A stretch of DNA of 64,000 nucleotides, taken from NCBI GenBank assembly GCA_004431415.1, contig QPMI01000398.1, positions 8,431 to 72,430 of the forward strand. The letters run 5' to 3'. The stretch's first letter is position 1; each line of letters opens with the position of its first letter. Source of the stretch: Cyanophora paradoxa CCMP329. Taxonomy: Eukaryota > Plantae > Glaucophyta. This document shows, in pieces, positions 20,693 to 33,739 of this stretch. The notes below the pieces were generated by a model. The model had not been told where the DNA came from. It saw only the letters and a list, made by a program, of their open reading frames with translations, and searched no databases. The position numbers and the translations under genes were made by a program.

Positions 20693-20744
20693 TGTGTCTG
20701 CTCGCGGCAGAGACGAGGGACGCCGACGAGGGAGGGAGGCGGGG

Positions 20745-21410
20745 GCGATGTAGATCTCCGGCCGAGCTTCCACGCGGGAAGGCCAGCCAAGGTCTGATGT
20801 CTCCGGGGCTCGCGGCGTCCGCAGCGCGGCGGAGGCGAGGGGGGGAACCGGGGAGAGGGCGGGGGTGGGGCGAGGGGGTCGGTTCGAGGCGCTGCACGTA
20901 GATCACCGGCCGGGCTTCCGCGCGGGAAGGCCGGCTGCGATCTGAGGTCTCCGCCGAGGCTCACAGCGTCCGCAGCGAGGCGGAGGCCGGGGAAAGCGCC
21001 GAGGGGAGGGCAGGGACGGGCGAGGAGGTCGGTTCGAGGCGCCGCACGTAGATCACCGGCCGGGCTTCCGCGCGGGAAGGCCGGCTGCGATCTGAGGTCT
21101 CCGCCGAGGCTCACAGTGTCCGCAGCGAGGCGGAGGCCGGGGAAAGAGCCGAGGTGAGGGCGGGGACGGCGCGTGACGGTCGGCACGGCGTCGACGCGCG
21201 ACGGCGGCCGAGGGAAGGAGTAAAGGGTGCGGGAATTGTCGTCGGCGACAGGCGGTTGTCGGCCGACGGGCGGGAGTGAGCGGGAGAGGTGATGACGGGA
21301 AGGGTCCGAGGAGCCGAGGGCAGATCACCGACCGGGCTTCCACGCGGGAAGGCCGGGTGTGATCGGTAGTCTCCGGCGATGTTCACGCGTCCGCAGCGCG
21401 GCGGAGGCGT
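20745..21410. repeat. 150-bp tandem units with hairpin core in the 5' leader of the Gag-like ORF
   Basis: Near-identical units start at 20881 and 21031, with degenerate copies at ~20745 and ~21320; core gatcaccggccgggcttccgcgcgggaaggccggctgcgatc is largely self-complementary. Confidence 0.85.
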
Positions 21411-22217
21411 GGGCGGGAGAAGGTGGGGCGGGGGAAGTGATCGCGAGGCAGATCCGCAGCTGAACGTCGGCGACCCACCGGCGAGTCGAAGGGCTGAATC
21501 CGCCGGAAATTTTGGCAGAGTCTCCCCCTTCGAAAGGCCGAGAAATGCGCGGCGCTGAAGCGGGCGGCGGGGCGAGGTCGGTCGGTCGAGGTCGGCCGGT
21601 GACGGGCGTGTCCGGTCGACGATCCACCGTTTCCGAGCGTCGTCGATGCCACTAGCAACGATTCCGCGTCCGGCGTGGGACGGGGGCGTGCCAGTCGATT
21701 CCCGCGGACTGCGGATGCAAGAGGCGACTGTTAGCGAGTCCGGCGTCGGCGTGCGGCGGCGGATTCGCAATACTGTCCTCCGAAACGCGCTCTCCGTCCA
21801 CGGGTCGCTTCGCCCAGCGGTCCGACCACGCCTAGCCAAGATGCGGCTGGCAGGTCGGCTGGCTGGACGAGGCCCGGCGAGGGTCAGATGAGCCTAGTTT
21901 ACGGTGCTGCTAGGCGTGGCCATGCGTGCTGCGCAGTTCTAACAGGTCGGCGGCAAGAGCGAGCTGAGGTGGTATTCCAGGAGCAAGCACAAGCACAGGG
22001 TACAAGTGTGCCACCCGGGGTGTGGGCCCAGGCGGGGTACATGAAAAGTAGCAGGGGTCCAATCGGCGCACTCAACGCGAGCACCGCGGAGACTAAGGCC
22101 AAGCGCTGCGAGTAGCGAGACTCGGAGGGCCGGCTCCTGACGGCATAAAGCCGTGAGGCAATATAACGCACGTAGATTGTAAATATAAATATAATCAGTG
22201 AGCTGTGGGTAGGCTGG

Positions 22218-23003
22218 CTAGGGGACGGGAAGGACGAAGGAGGGGCGGGCGTGGAAGTCTGGGGCCCGCCCGCAGTGCCGCAGGGCGAAGTACTCCGCGC
22301 GCCCCTCTGGCGCCTCCGCCACGACCGCCGTGAGCGAGGCCTGCGCATGAGATTAGATTTGATCAGATCTAGAGGCGGGCGGGGCGCGGCGGGGCGGGGC
22401 GGGCGGGACCTGGAGGGGTCCCTGTGCGAAAGGAGCGTCGAAGGAGCATCGGACGGCGAGCTCCCGGTCGCCGATGCGCAGCCGGTCGAACCGGATGTCC
22501 CGCACCCGCCCCTCCTCCTGCGCGGCCGGCCGCGGGCGGCGCGCGCGCTCTACGATCAGCGCCGAGGCGGCTGCGCCAGCGTACGGAAAGAAGGGCAGCG
22601 GAGGCGCGCCTTCATGGGCTGACTTCTGTAGTGCTCGAATCGGAAAACGTTCCACGCGCCGCTGGGAGAGACGTTCAGCTCCCAGTACGCGTCGGAGCCT
22701 GCGGGGCCGAAGAACGCTTCCAGGCACGTCGTAGTCCATAGCCCGACGGTGCGCGGTCTCCTGGGCAGCTCCTCCGGAACGACCAGCCGCTGCAGGTCAC
22801 CGCTGATCACTGCGAAAAACGTCGCCGCATCAGCGCGTCGCGCGTACGTCGTAGCGTGCGGAAGGCCGCGGTCGCTACGAACCCCATTCGAAATGAAGTT
22901 CAGTGCCGAGACGCTGGACCCGCGCGGACACGTTGAACGGCGACCGGCCGAACGGGGCGAGGTTCACGAGGGGCGGCAGCTCGGACGAGGTCGGCGCCTC
23001 CAT
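22218..23003 (-). CDS. DOMON-like (bacterial DOMON_murB-like) protein, spliced
   Basis: GLWTTTCLEAFFGPAGSDAYWELNVSPSGAWNVFRFEHYR and ASLTAVV...EYFALRHCGRAPDFH; three introns, one apparently GC-AG. Confidence 0.75.
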
Positions 23004-23206
23004 CCGATGCACGGCAGAGGCCAGTCCAGGGTTTGTGGGAGTAAAAGTTGCAGCTAACTGAGCTAACTCAGCTAAGCAGCACTGGGGTACAGGCAAACTT
23101 GGAGGGAGTGGCGCTGAGGTGGACGCACGTTGGGTCAGCAAGAGACGTAGCTAGCTAGAGAGCGTGTCGGCGTCGCTTGCCGGCACGCGGGGAGCCCAGG
23201 CGCAGC

Positions 23207-26007
<2,801 letters not shown>

Positions 26008-26187
26008 CCCGGCGAGATCTAGCTATAGCTAGATCTAGATCTCTAGAGGACCGTCGACGTCGCTGCTGTACTGCACTGCGGCAGCTGTGAGCCTGCATGC
26101 GCACTGAGAATCGTGTATCCCGACTCGGAGACTCAAACGTGCTTGGCCAGCGCCCGCGCCACGCAAGCACCACATCCCCAAAACGGA

Positions 26188-27362
26188 ATGATTCCAGCAG
26201 CAGCGTTCGTCCCGCCGCCGCTGCCCGCCCAGCTCGGCGCGCGGTGGAAGTCGACGACGCGGGCGCTCGGCAACCGTAGCGAAAGCGCCAACCAGCTCAA
26301 GATCGGCGTTAATGGGCCTCAGAAAAGGCCGGAACAGCAGCGGCGCTGGCGGGCGCTTCCTGCGGCGGGCGTTCAGGTCGTGGCCTCCGCCGCGGGCGGC
26401 CATTCCCCGCGATCGGAGGCGGCAGCTACGCCGGATTTCGCTCCCGTCGGGCGCCGCGCGGCGCTCCTGTCCGCCGCCGCCGCCGCCGCCCTGCAGCTCG
26501 CCGCGCCGTTCGCCCCTGCGCGCGCGGCGGCCGCCCCACTCGAGGAGGACTACACGGCGACGCCCTCGGGACTGCGGTTCGTGAGCTTCGCGGAGGGCAA
26601 CGGCGAGGCGCCGGCGGAGGGCCAGGTCGTGGAGATCAAGTACGCCGCCTACTTCCTCAACTACGAGGTGCGCGGGGCGGCTTTCGGGACCGAGAAAGCT
26701 AAGCCGTGGCGATCGGATGTAGCTAGTGCACTGCGCTGGCGCCTAGCTAGACGTAGCGCGCGCGGTTCGAGCTGAAACGCGCCCCGACCGTGCAGGGCAA
26801 GTTCATCGACAAGGTCGCGGGGTACGCCGGTCCCGCCCGCTTTCCTGTACCCCCTTCCTGACGCGGTCCGCACCCCCAGCGACCAGGAGCCCTTCTCGTT
26901 CCGGGTAGGCTCGGGTGACGTCATCCCGGGGCTGGACGAGGCCGTCCGGGGTATGCGACCCGGAGGTGCGGCGCACCCCCATCCCTTTCCGAACCTCTCC
27001 CCTCCGGTTTTTGAGGCTGGTGTACCCCGGCAGCTATCCGGCGGCTGGTGATCCCCGCGGAGCTGGGGTACAAGTCGCCGGAGGACGGGCCCAAGCCGCG
27101 CAGTGTGCGTGCCCGTACCCCCCTTTCGCCCACTCCACCCTTTCGCCTTGGCAGCCTAGAACTAGAGCCCGGGCCCCATGGCCGCGCCGCCCCTCTCCAT
27201 CTCCCCGCCCCATCTCGTAGCCGCCGCTCCCCTCCACCTTCCAACGCCCATACCCCTCTGCAGTTCGGGGGCCGGCGGCTGGTGGACTACGTGCTGCGGA
27301 ACCCGCGCGTGGACGCCTCCGTCCTCATGGACGTCGAGCTCGTCCGCGTCCGCAGGGGCTGA
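26188..27362 (+). CDS. Thylakoid-lumen FKBP-type PPIase (FKBP19-like), multi-exon, bipartite transit peptide
   Basis: MIPAAAFVP transit start; Tat-like GRRAALL...APARA; YTATPSGLRF, FRVGSGDVIPGLDEAVRGMRPG, IRRLVIPAELGY, GPKPRS-FGGRRLVDYVLRN...MDVELVRV. Confidence 0.88.
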
Positions 27363-27380
27363 TCATGATGCGCCCGCCGG

Positions 27381-27499
27381 CGCCTGTATACGAGTTTTCC
27401 TTGACATAATTCACTCGCCTGTATACGAGTTTTCCTTGACATAATTCACTCGCCTGTATACGAGTTTTCCTTGACATAATTCATTTTCCTTGACGACAT
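27381..27499. repeat. 35-bp tandem repeat x3 plus partial, followed by a duplicate of the FKBP last exon (27529-27591)
   Basis: cgcctgtatacgagttttccttgacataattcact at 27381, 27416 and 27451. Confidence 0.92.
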
Positions 27500-28312
27500 A
27501 ATTATAAGCCACTCGTTCTTAGATCTAGAACCCGCGCGTGGACGCCTCCGTCCTCATGGACGTCGAGCTCGTCCGCGTCCGCAGGGGCTGACGCGCCCGC
27601 CGGCCGCGCCCGGGCCCGGAGGGCTGGCTGGGCGACGGGGCTGAGGCGCCCGCCGCGTTTGACGGGCCGGGCCCCAGGCCCAAGTCTAGTAGCCGGATCA
27701 ATATTTTAATGGGATCCCGTCCGGGCGCATCTCGGAACGTCGAGCTCCTCAGCGTCCCACAGCCGCGATCCGCCGATCATGATCATCCGCGCCCCGAGCC
27801 CCGCCGGAGCATTGAAATACGCGCCCCAAGTCCAAAGCCTCGGCCCCGCGATCACTGTTGTGCGCAACAAAAACAACTGGGGCTGAATTGAAAAGTACTC
27901 TGAATACAAAGTATAAACAAACAATTGCAAGTACATATCAAGAAATGCAAATACAATTTACTGGGCGCTGCGGATTAGAAAGATCAGACGTATTACTGGA
28001 CGCTGCAGATTAGAAAGAGTAGACGCGTCACTGGACGCTGCAGGACTTCTCCTCATCGGCGGTTGGCGGCGGGAGAGGCGCCGGCAGCGACGCGAACGGC
28101 TGTCTCATCGAGCGGCAGCGGTAGCGGCTGTCTCAATCCGTTCGCGGCAGCTCGATGAGACAGCCGTTCGCGTCGTTGCTGGCGCCAACGTTAACGGCAG
28201 TCTGGATTGGAGCGGCAGCAGCCCCCGCTTTGACGGGGCTCCGGTCTGGAGCGGGAGCCCCCCGCGGCCGCCTCGAGAGAAAGAGAGGAAGATAGGAGAA
28301 AGACCAGAGGCG

Positions 28313-30150
28313 TCACTGGACGCTGCAGGACTTCTCTTCCCCCGCGGCCGGCGTCGGCGGCGGGAGGGGCGCTGGCAGCGACGCGAAGGGCTGCCGAGGC
28401 GCCATCAGCTCGAGATGCAGGGCAAGGGGGAGGGCAGCGCCCTCTGACCTTCGTGTTGGCGACGGCGGCGTCGATGTGGCTGCAGAGGCGCGCGATGCAC
28501 TCCTCCTGCATGCTGTTGTGGAAGAAGAGGGCGTTGTGGCGCGGGAAGTTCGCCATGTCGGGCGGCAGGCCGGCCGTCGACGGGAAGCGCTCCTGCGGGT
28601 CGTCCACCACCGGGATGATCGCCTGCGTGGATTGCGGCCGGCATAAATACACGATATGGATCTCTCAGGTCTGCGCGCGCGGTTCACGGGCGCCGCGAGT
28701 TCAACTCTGATAGTTTTAGCCATGCAGCGCTGGCTCCGCAGACCTTGCCGAGGTGGCACGCCTCCGCGATCTCGCGGCGCACCCTGCGCGCGGCCAGCGG
28801 TCAGAGGAGTGGAAAGAGCGACTCGGCCCCCAGCCACAGCCCGTGCACGCACCAGTCCTCGAGCTCCTTGCAGCGCTCGAGGGTGCCATCAACGAGGATG
28901 AAGACTGCGGGGCGGGCTAAGGGAGAGCTATCCACGATCAACGCAGAGCCGGACCGTCGCAGCAGGAGGCGCGGAGGGATTCGAGGATCTTCGAGTCGAA
29001 GACGCCGCCCTGCAGCGACCGCACGTCGAAGAAGACCTTGTAGCTGTCGGAGAAAGTCCAGGCGTGAGCCTCGGAGAGAAGTGGGGCGAGTTCGAAGGCG
29101 GACCCGTGGCTCTCGAGGGCCTTGCAGAAGAGAGAGGCGAGGTAGTTCTTGCCCCCCATCCGCCGGTACGTGATGCTGCGCCCTGTTAGCGAGCTCATCT
29201 AACAGCTTACGTCAGGTGGATGCGCACAAGACGTGGTACTCGTAGCCGGGAGGGAGGGGCGGGACGCGCGAAGCGGGGCCGTAGCCGGGCGCTGCACCGT
29301 AACCCGGCGTGGGGCTGTAGCCAGGAGCTTGGCCGTACCCAGGCCCGGGGCCGTAGGCTGGGGGCGGGTGGCGGAGATGTGGCCGCCGCGGAGGGCGGCG
29401 ATCTCGGCGAGGAGGCGGTGGCGGGCGCCAAAGTGCGGGACGCCCATCCGCTCGAGCTCGCCGTCGCCCAGGGCGAGGAGGGCGACGCCGTTCGTGTAGC
29501 GGAAGGCCCCCGCGAACCTGCTCCCGCCTCAGGTTTCCGGAGGGGTTCGGGGTTTCTCCTCAGGCAGTGCTGAGCGGGGCGGCGCGGCGCACTCGGCGAT
29601 CTGGCCGCGGGAGCGGACCCACGCGACGACGTCCTCCTCGCTCCAGGAGCGCACGTCGCCAGCCGGGGGGGGCCGCGGGGGCGCCGGCCCGGGCGCCTGC
29701 TGGGGGCGCGCTGCGGGGCGGGCTCGCGTCGGGGGAAGGGAAGCACGGGCGGGGGTACACGGACTGGGAGCTGGAGCGGCCGAGGCGGCGGGCGGGGCGG
29801 GGCGCGGGGCGGGGGCGGCCTGCGGTGGCTGGGTGAGGGGCGCGGCCGCGGGGGCGGGGCGGCGGGGCGCACCACGGGGGCGGGGGCGTGGGCGGGGAGG
29901 GAGCGGAGGTAGGGCACGACGGCGGCGCACTGGGCTCTACCACCAAACGGCGCGGCGGACGGGCTCGGGCCACGAGTCCACGACGGGGTTGCCGTGCACC
30001 CTCAGCTCCTGCAGGGCGGCGAGGCGGCCGATCTCCGGTGGCAGCGCCGTCAGCCGGTTGCGAGCCATCCATAGCACCTCCAGGTTCGGCCCCCTTGTCA
30101 GCTTGGCGAGCATCGACAATATGCGCCTGCCCGCGCCAAATGCGCGCACC
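28313..30150 (-). CDS. LRR-SAM-TIR protein with SARM1-like TIR and C-terminal CaaX (5' end unresolved; at least one apparent -1 frameshift)
   Basis: LRR LEVLWMARNRLTALPPEIGRLAALQELRVHGNP; SAM VRSWSEEDVVAWV...NGVALLALGDGELERMGVPHFGARHRLLAEI; PGYG linker; spliced TIR YEYHVFITYRR...HGYKVFFDVRSLQGGVFD...EDWVRREIAEA...IIPVV...LPPDM...; ends EEKSCSVQ*. Confidence 0.82.
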
Positions 30151-33100
30151 TTCGTTCTCTTGTACAGAAGACGACGTCAGAACTCTGGACGTTCCCCGAT
30201 TACCGGTCAATCTTCGACCGTGCCCGTGCTGCCTGCAATGTCGCTCAATATCAGCGATTGTAGCCGAATGAGCGCGAACGATCGAGCCTAGCAGCTGAGA
30301 GAAGCTGCGGCTTCGCGCACCTTCTCCGACCGATACTGGGGTACGGTCGCACCTATCGCCTCGTGGTCGACGGCGGCTAATATCCAGCAGTTTGGAGGAC
30401 GCAGAGAGCGCACGCCTGCTAGATCAAGACAGATCTATCTAGACAGCCTGTTTGCCCGCGATGGCGAGCGATCGATGGCGTAGGGCCGAGCGCTGCCCAT
30501 GGCCAGCCCGCGCTCGGGTATGCGTAGCTTACGCGCCTCCATGCCGCGGCCGACGCGCCTCCCGACTCAGAAATCGCGAAGGTAGACTCGCGCGAGAGAT
30601 ACTCGAGCGCCGGCCCGGGGCGGCCTTGGCTTGGCAGGCGGCGGCGGCGGCGGCGGCGGCGGAGGCGGTTTGCCAGCGCCGGGCGCTTTTCCTCGCCCAA
30701 TGTGCATGGCCTGGCCTCCTCGCCTCGCCTCCTCCCCACGCCGGCCTCTTCCTTCCCCGGGGCCCAGCCCATTGCAGTCGGGCTCCGCCGCCCGTCCGCC
30801 GGAGAATACCTCGCGATCGAGGGCCTCCCGCGCGCCCGGCGCCGGCCCGACTCCCTGTTCCGGAGCTCGCGGATCAGATTTTGAGGTGAAAAGGCAGTGG
30901 AGAGCACTAGGCGTGCCCGCGGAAGCGGGCGGTGTCCCATCTAGCCGTCCCGGAGAGCGCGGCGCGCGCCGACACGGACTGTCGCTCGGCGCCCTGCGCC
31001 GCCCGCCGGAGGCCCCGCCCGGCCGTCGCTCCGCCCCGCCCCGCCTCCGCGGCCCGCCGTCTCGGCCGCTCCATCTTCCCCGACAGCGAGAGCGCCGGCG
31101 AGGTGCGCGCCGTATCTATGCCGGGGTGCGCGGTACCCCTTCCCTCAAAAGCGCCTGTTAAGCTCCTCCCCCCTCCCCCCCCTCCTTCCCCCCCCCCCCC
31201 CCCCCCCACCTCCCCCCCTCACCCCCTATAGCTAGGGCCCCGACCCCGCCGGCCCGCGAGGTGCGCGCATTTATGCGCCCGGAGAACCGAAGCACCGAAG
31301 CACGCCTAGCGCCTCTGCCACGCCCGGCCGCCCCGAGGGCCGTACCCCCGCCCCGCCCCGCCCCGCCCCCTCAGCCCCCTTGGCCCCGCCCCCGCCGCTG
31401 ACTCGGCCCGCCATCTCGGGTGGCCCTGTCCTCGGCCGTTCCTTCCCTCTCCTCGGCCTCTGCCGTCCCGCTCCCCGCCGGCGCCCTCCGCCCCGCCTCC
31501 GGATCCAAGGCTGGGGCCTTGGTCCTCCCAAGGCTGGGCCGGCTACTAGGCTGGGCCTGACGGGGCCAAGCCGGCGGACAGGGGGCCGAGTGGGACGCCT
31601 CCCCAGTACCCGCGCCCCGCTCCCCGCCCCCCGTCGCCCGCTCCGAGGCTCCCGGAGTCCCTCCTCTCGTTTCCGGCCCCGGTCCGGCCAGGCCCCGCCC
31701 CGCCCCGCCCCGCCCCGCCCTTCAAGGCTCTTGCGCTTAGAGCTCCCCTGGGCCTCGTGAAAGGCGGCCGGCGCCGGCGCCGGCGCCGCGCCTCCCAGGC
31801 TCGGCCCGCCTTCGAATTCCCCTGCGGCGGGCCGGGGCCCCATGGGCCAGCTAGCTCGGTGAGCCGCGCCCCGCCTCCCCCCTCCTCCTCTCGCAACGGC
31901 CGCGGCCCCGCCCCGTCGACGTCACTCCAGACTAGAAAGCTCCAGACTAGCTCCCGGCCTGGCGGCCCTATAGCCCTATAGCCCTGTACCCCCGTACTAC
32001 TGTATTCTCAGTCTACCTGTACCCCTCAATATACCACCTTGCCAGCTATTAGGCCATCATGGCATCGATATCTAGCCTGACAACAGTAATAGCTGCACTA
32101 CTAGGCCTAGGCTATAGCTAGGCCCTGACCCTCAGGGCCTGAGGCCTGCGCATGCCACTCCAAGTCCTGACCACATCATTGAGTCACAAGAATTCAGGAT
32201 TCTAAAGTGATCATGAGGATACATTATGACCTGTACGTATACAGACAGGCGTCAATAGTGTAACTACGCCGTGACGAGTGCTAGTACTGATCATCGGGTC
32301 ATGAGCTACTAGGATTAGATCTCCCCCCGGCCCCGCCTCACTGAGTCAAGCTCTCCGCGGCTGGCCGACGGGGCCCCCGCCCCGGCCGCGGGCCTCCGAG
32401 GCTCGAGGACCGTCGGACCTTGAAAACCTCTATGCTGCGCTCCAGCGGGAAGGGTGCTCAGCGGCTTATTAGACGCTCAAGATCAAGCTCACAGGCTCAC
32501 TGAGTCAGGAAACTATTAGTATAAGCTACTAAAACCAATTGTCACAGTGTTTCATGATCAGGCGCTCAGGGTCCGCCTTCGGGGGCGGGCGCCGGCGCCC
32601 CCTCTGCCGCAGCCGCTGAGCCGCCGCCTCAGCCCCGAGGACCTCGACGCTGCGCTCAGTGACGTACGAGCTTTAGGTCCCTTCTCGAGGCAAATCGCCA
32701 CCTGACTAACAACTATAACTAATTTCTAATTGATTCATGATTAAGCGTTCAGGGTCCGCTCCCCGGGCCCGGGGGCGGGAGCCCCCTCCTCGGCCCCGAG
32801 GACCTCGACGCTGTGCTCGAGGGGGAAGCCGGCCCCGTCGACCCGCGCCCGCACCGCCAGCTGCAGGAGCGCGGGGCGCACCCCGGGTCCCCGCAGCGCC
32901 GCCGCGCGCGCCGCGACCGAGGCCGAGGCCGCCTCGTAGGCCGCGCGCCCCTGCGGGAACCGCCATCCTCCCCTCCTCCTCCCCTCCCCCCTCATCGTCC
33001 GAGGAGGAGGAGCTTGAGGGCCCGAGGGGGCAGCGGGCGACGCGGCGGAGGCCCGAGGGGTCCCCGAGGAGGCCGCGAGCGCCGCCGGCCGCAGGAGGGC

Positions 33101-33739
33101 CCTCAGCGGCGGCGGGTGCGGCGCCCCATCGCCGCCCGAAGGATCGCTATCGCTCAGCAGCGCCTGCGCGGGCGCAGAGTCGGCGCGGAGGGTGGGGTGG
33201 GGGCGGGAGTTTCGGAGCTCATTTTTTGGACTCTCGAGTTCAGGGGAGGAGGGAGGAGACCGGGGGAGAAACTAGGCTCTAGTTCTGAGCTCAAAGCTTA
33301 TGTTTGTTTTAGAGCTGTGAGCTCGAAAAGCGCGCACGAAGGCGGGGCGGAACTCCCACCGAACCGCCTCCTCGGCGCTGAGGGGCGGGGGGCACGCCCC
33401 GCAGCCGTAGATCCCCTGCGACCGAAGTCACCGAGTCAGCGGTGGTTGGAGGGGATAAGGCGTAGAGAAGTAGCCTAAGGGGGCTGAGGTGTGTGCGTAC
33501 CTCGGGGCAGGGCTCGACGGCGCGGCCGCAGCGGGGGCAGGCCGCGCGGACGGCCCGGTACGCCGCCGGTACCCCTCATCGTCCACGCCGAAGCCTGCGC
33601 GGGGGGGGGGGGGGGGGGGGGGGGGGGGATCAAGAAGGGGTCCGGCGTTCAGGGAGGGGAACGCGCGCACCGTCGCCGGTCCAGGGTACGTCGTCAGGCA
33701 GGCGGAGAAAGGAAACCAGGGCGGGTACGCGGACGAGGC

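Larger units (their letters stand above)
18238..21890 (-). mobile_element. Putative non-autonomous Gag-only retroelement
   Basis: Gag-like ORF without pol, repeat-rich 5' leader, and candidate target-site duplication AGCCTA at 18232-18237 and 21891-21896. Confidence 0.45.

Noticed and set aside
27381-27499. CRISPR array or sigma70 promoter (TTGACA-TAAT)
   Set aside because: Head-to-tail repeats without spacers; -35/-10 spacing is wrong; eukaryotic context.
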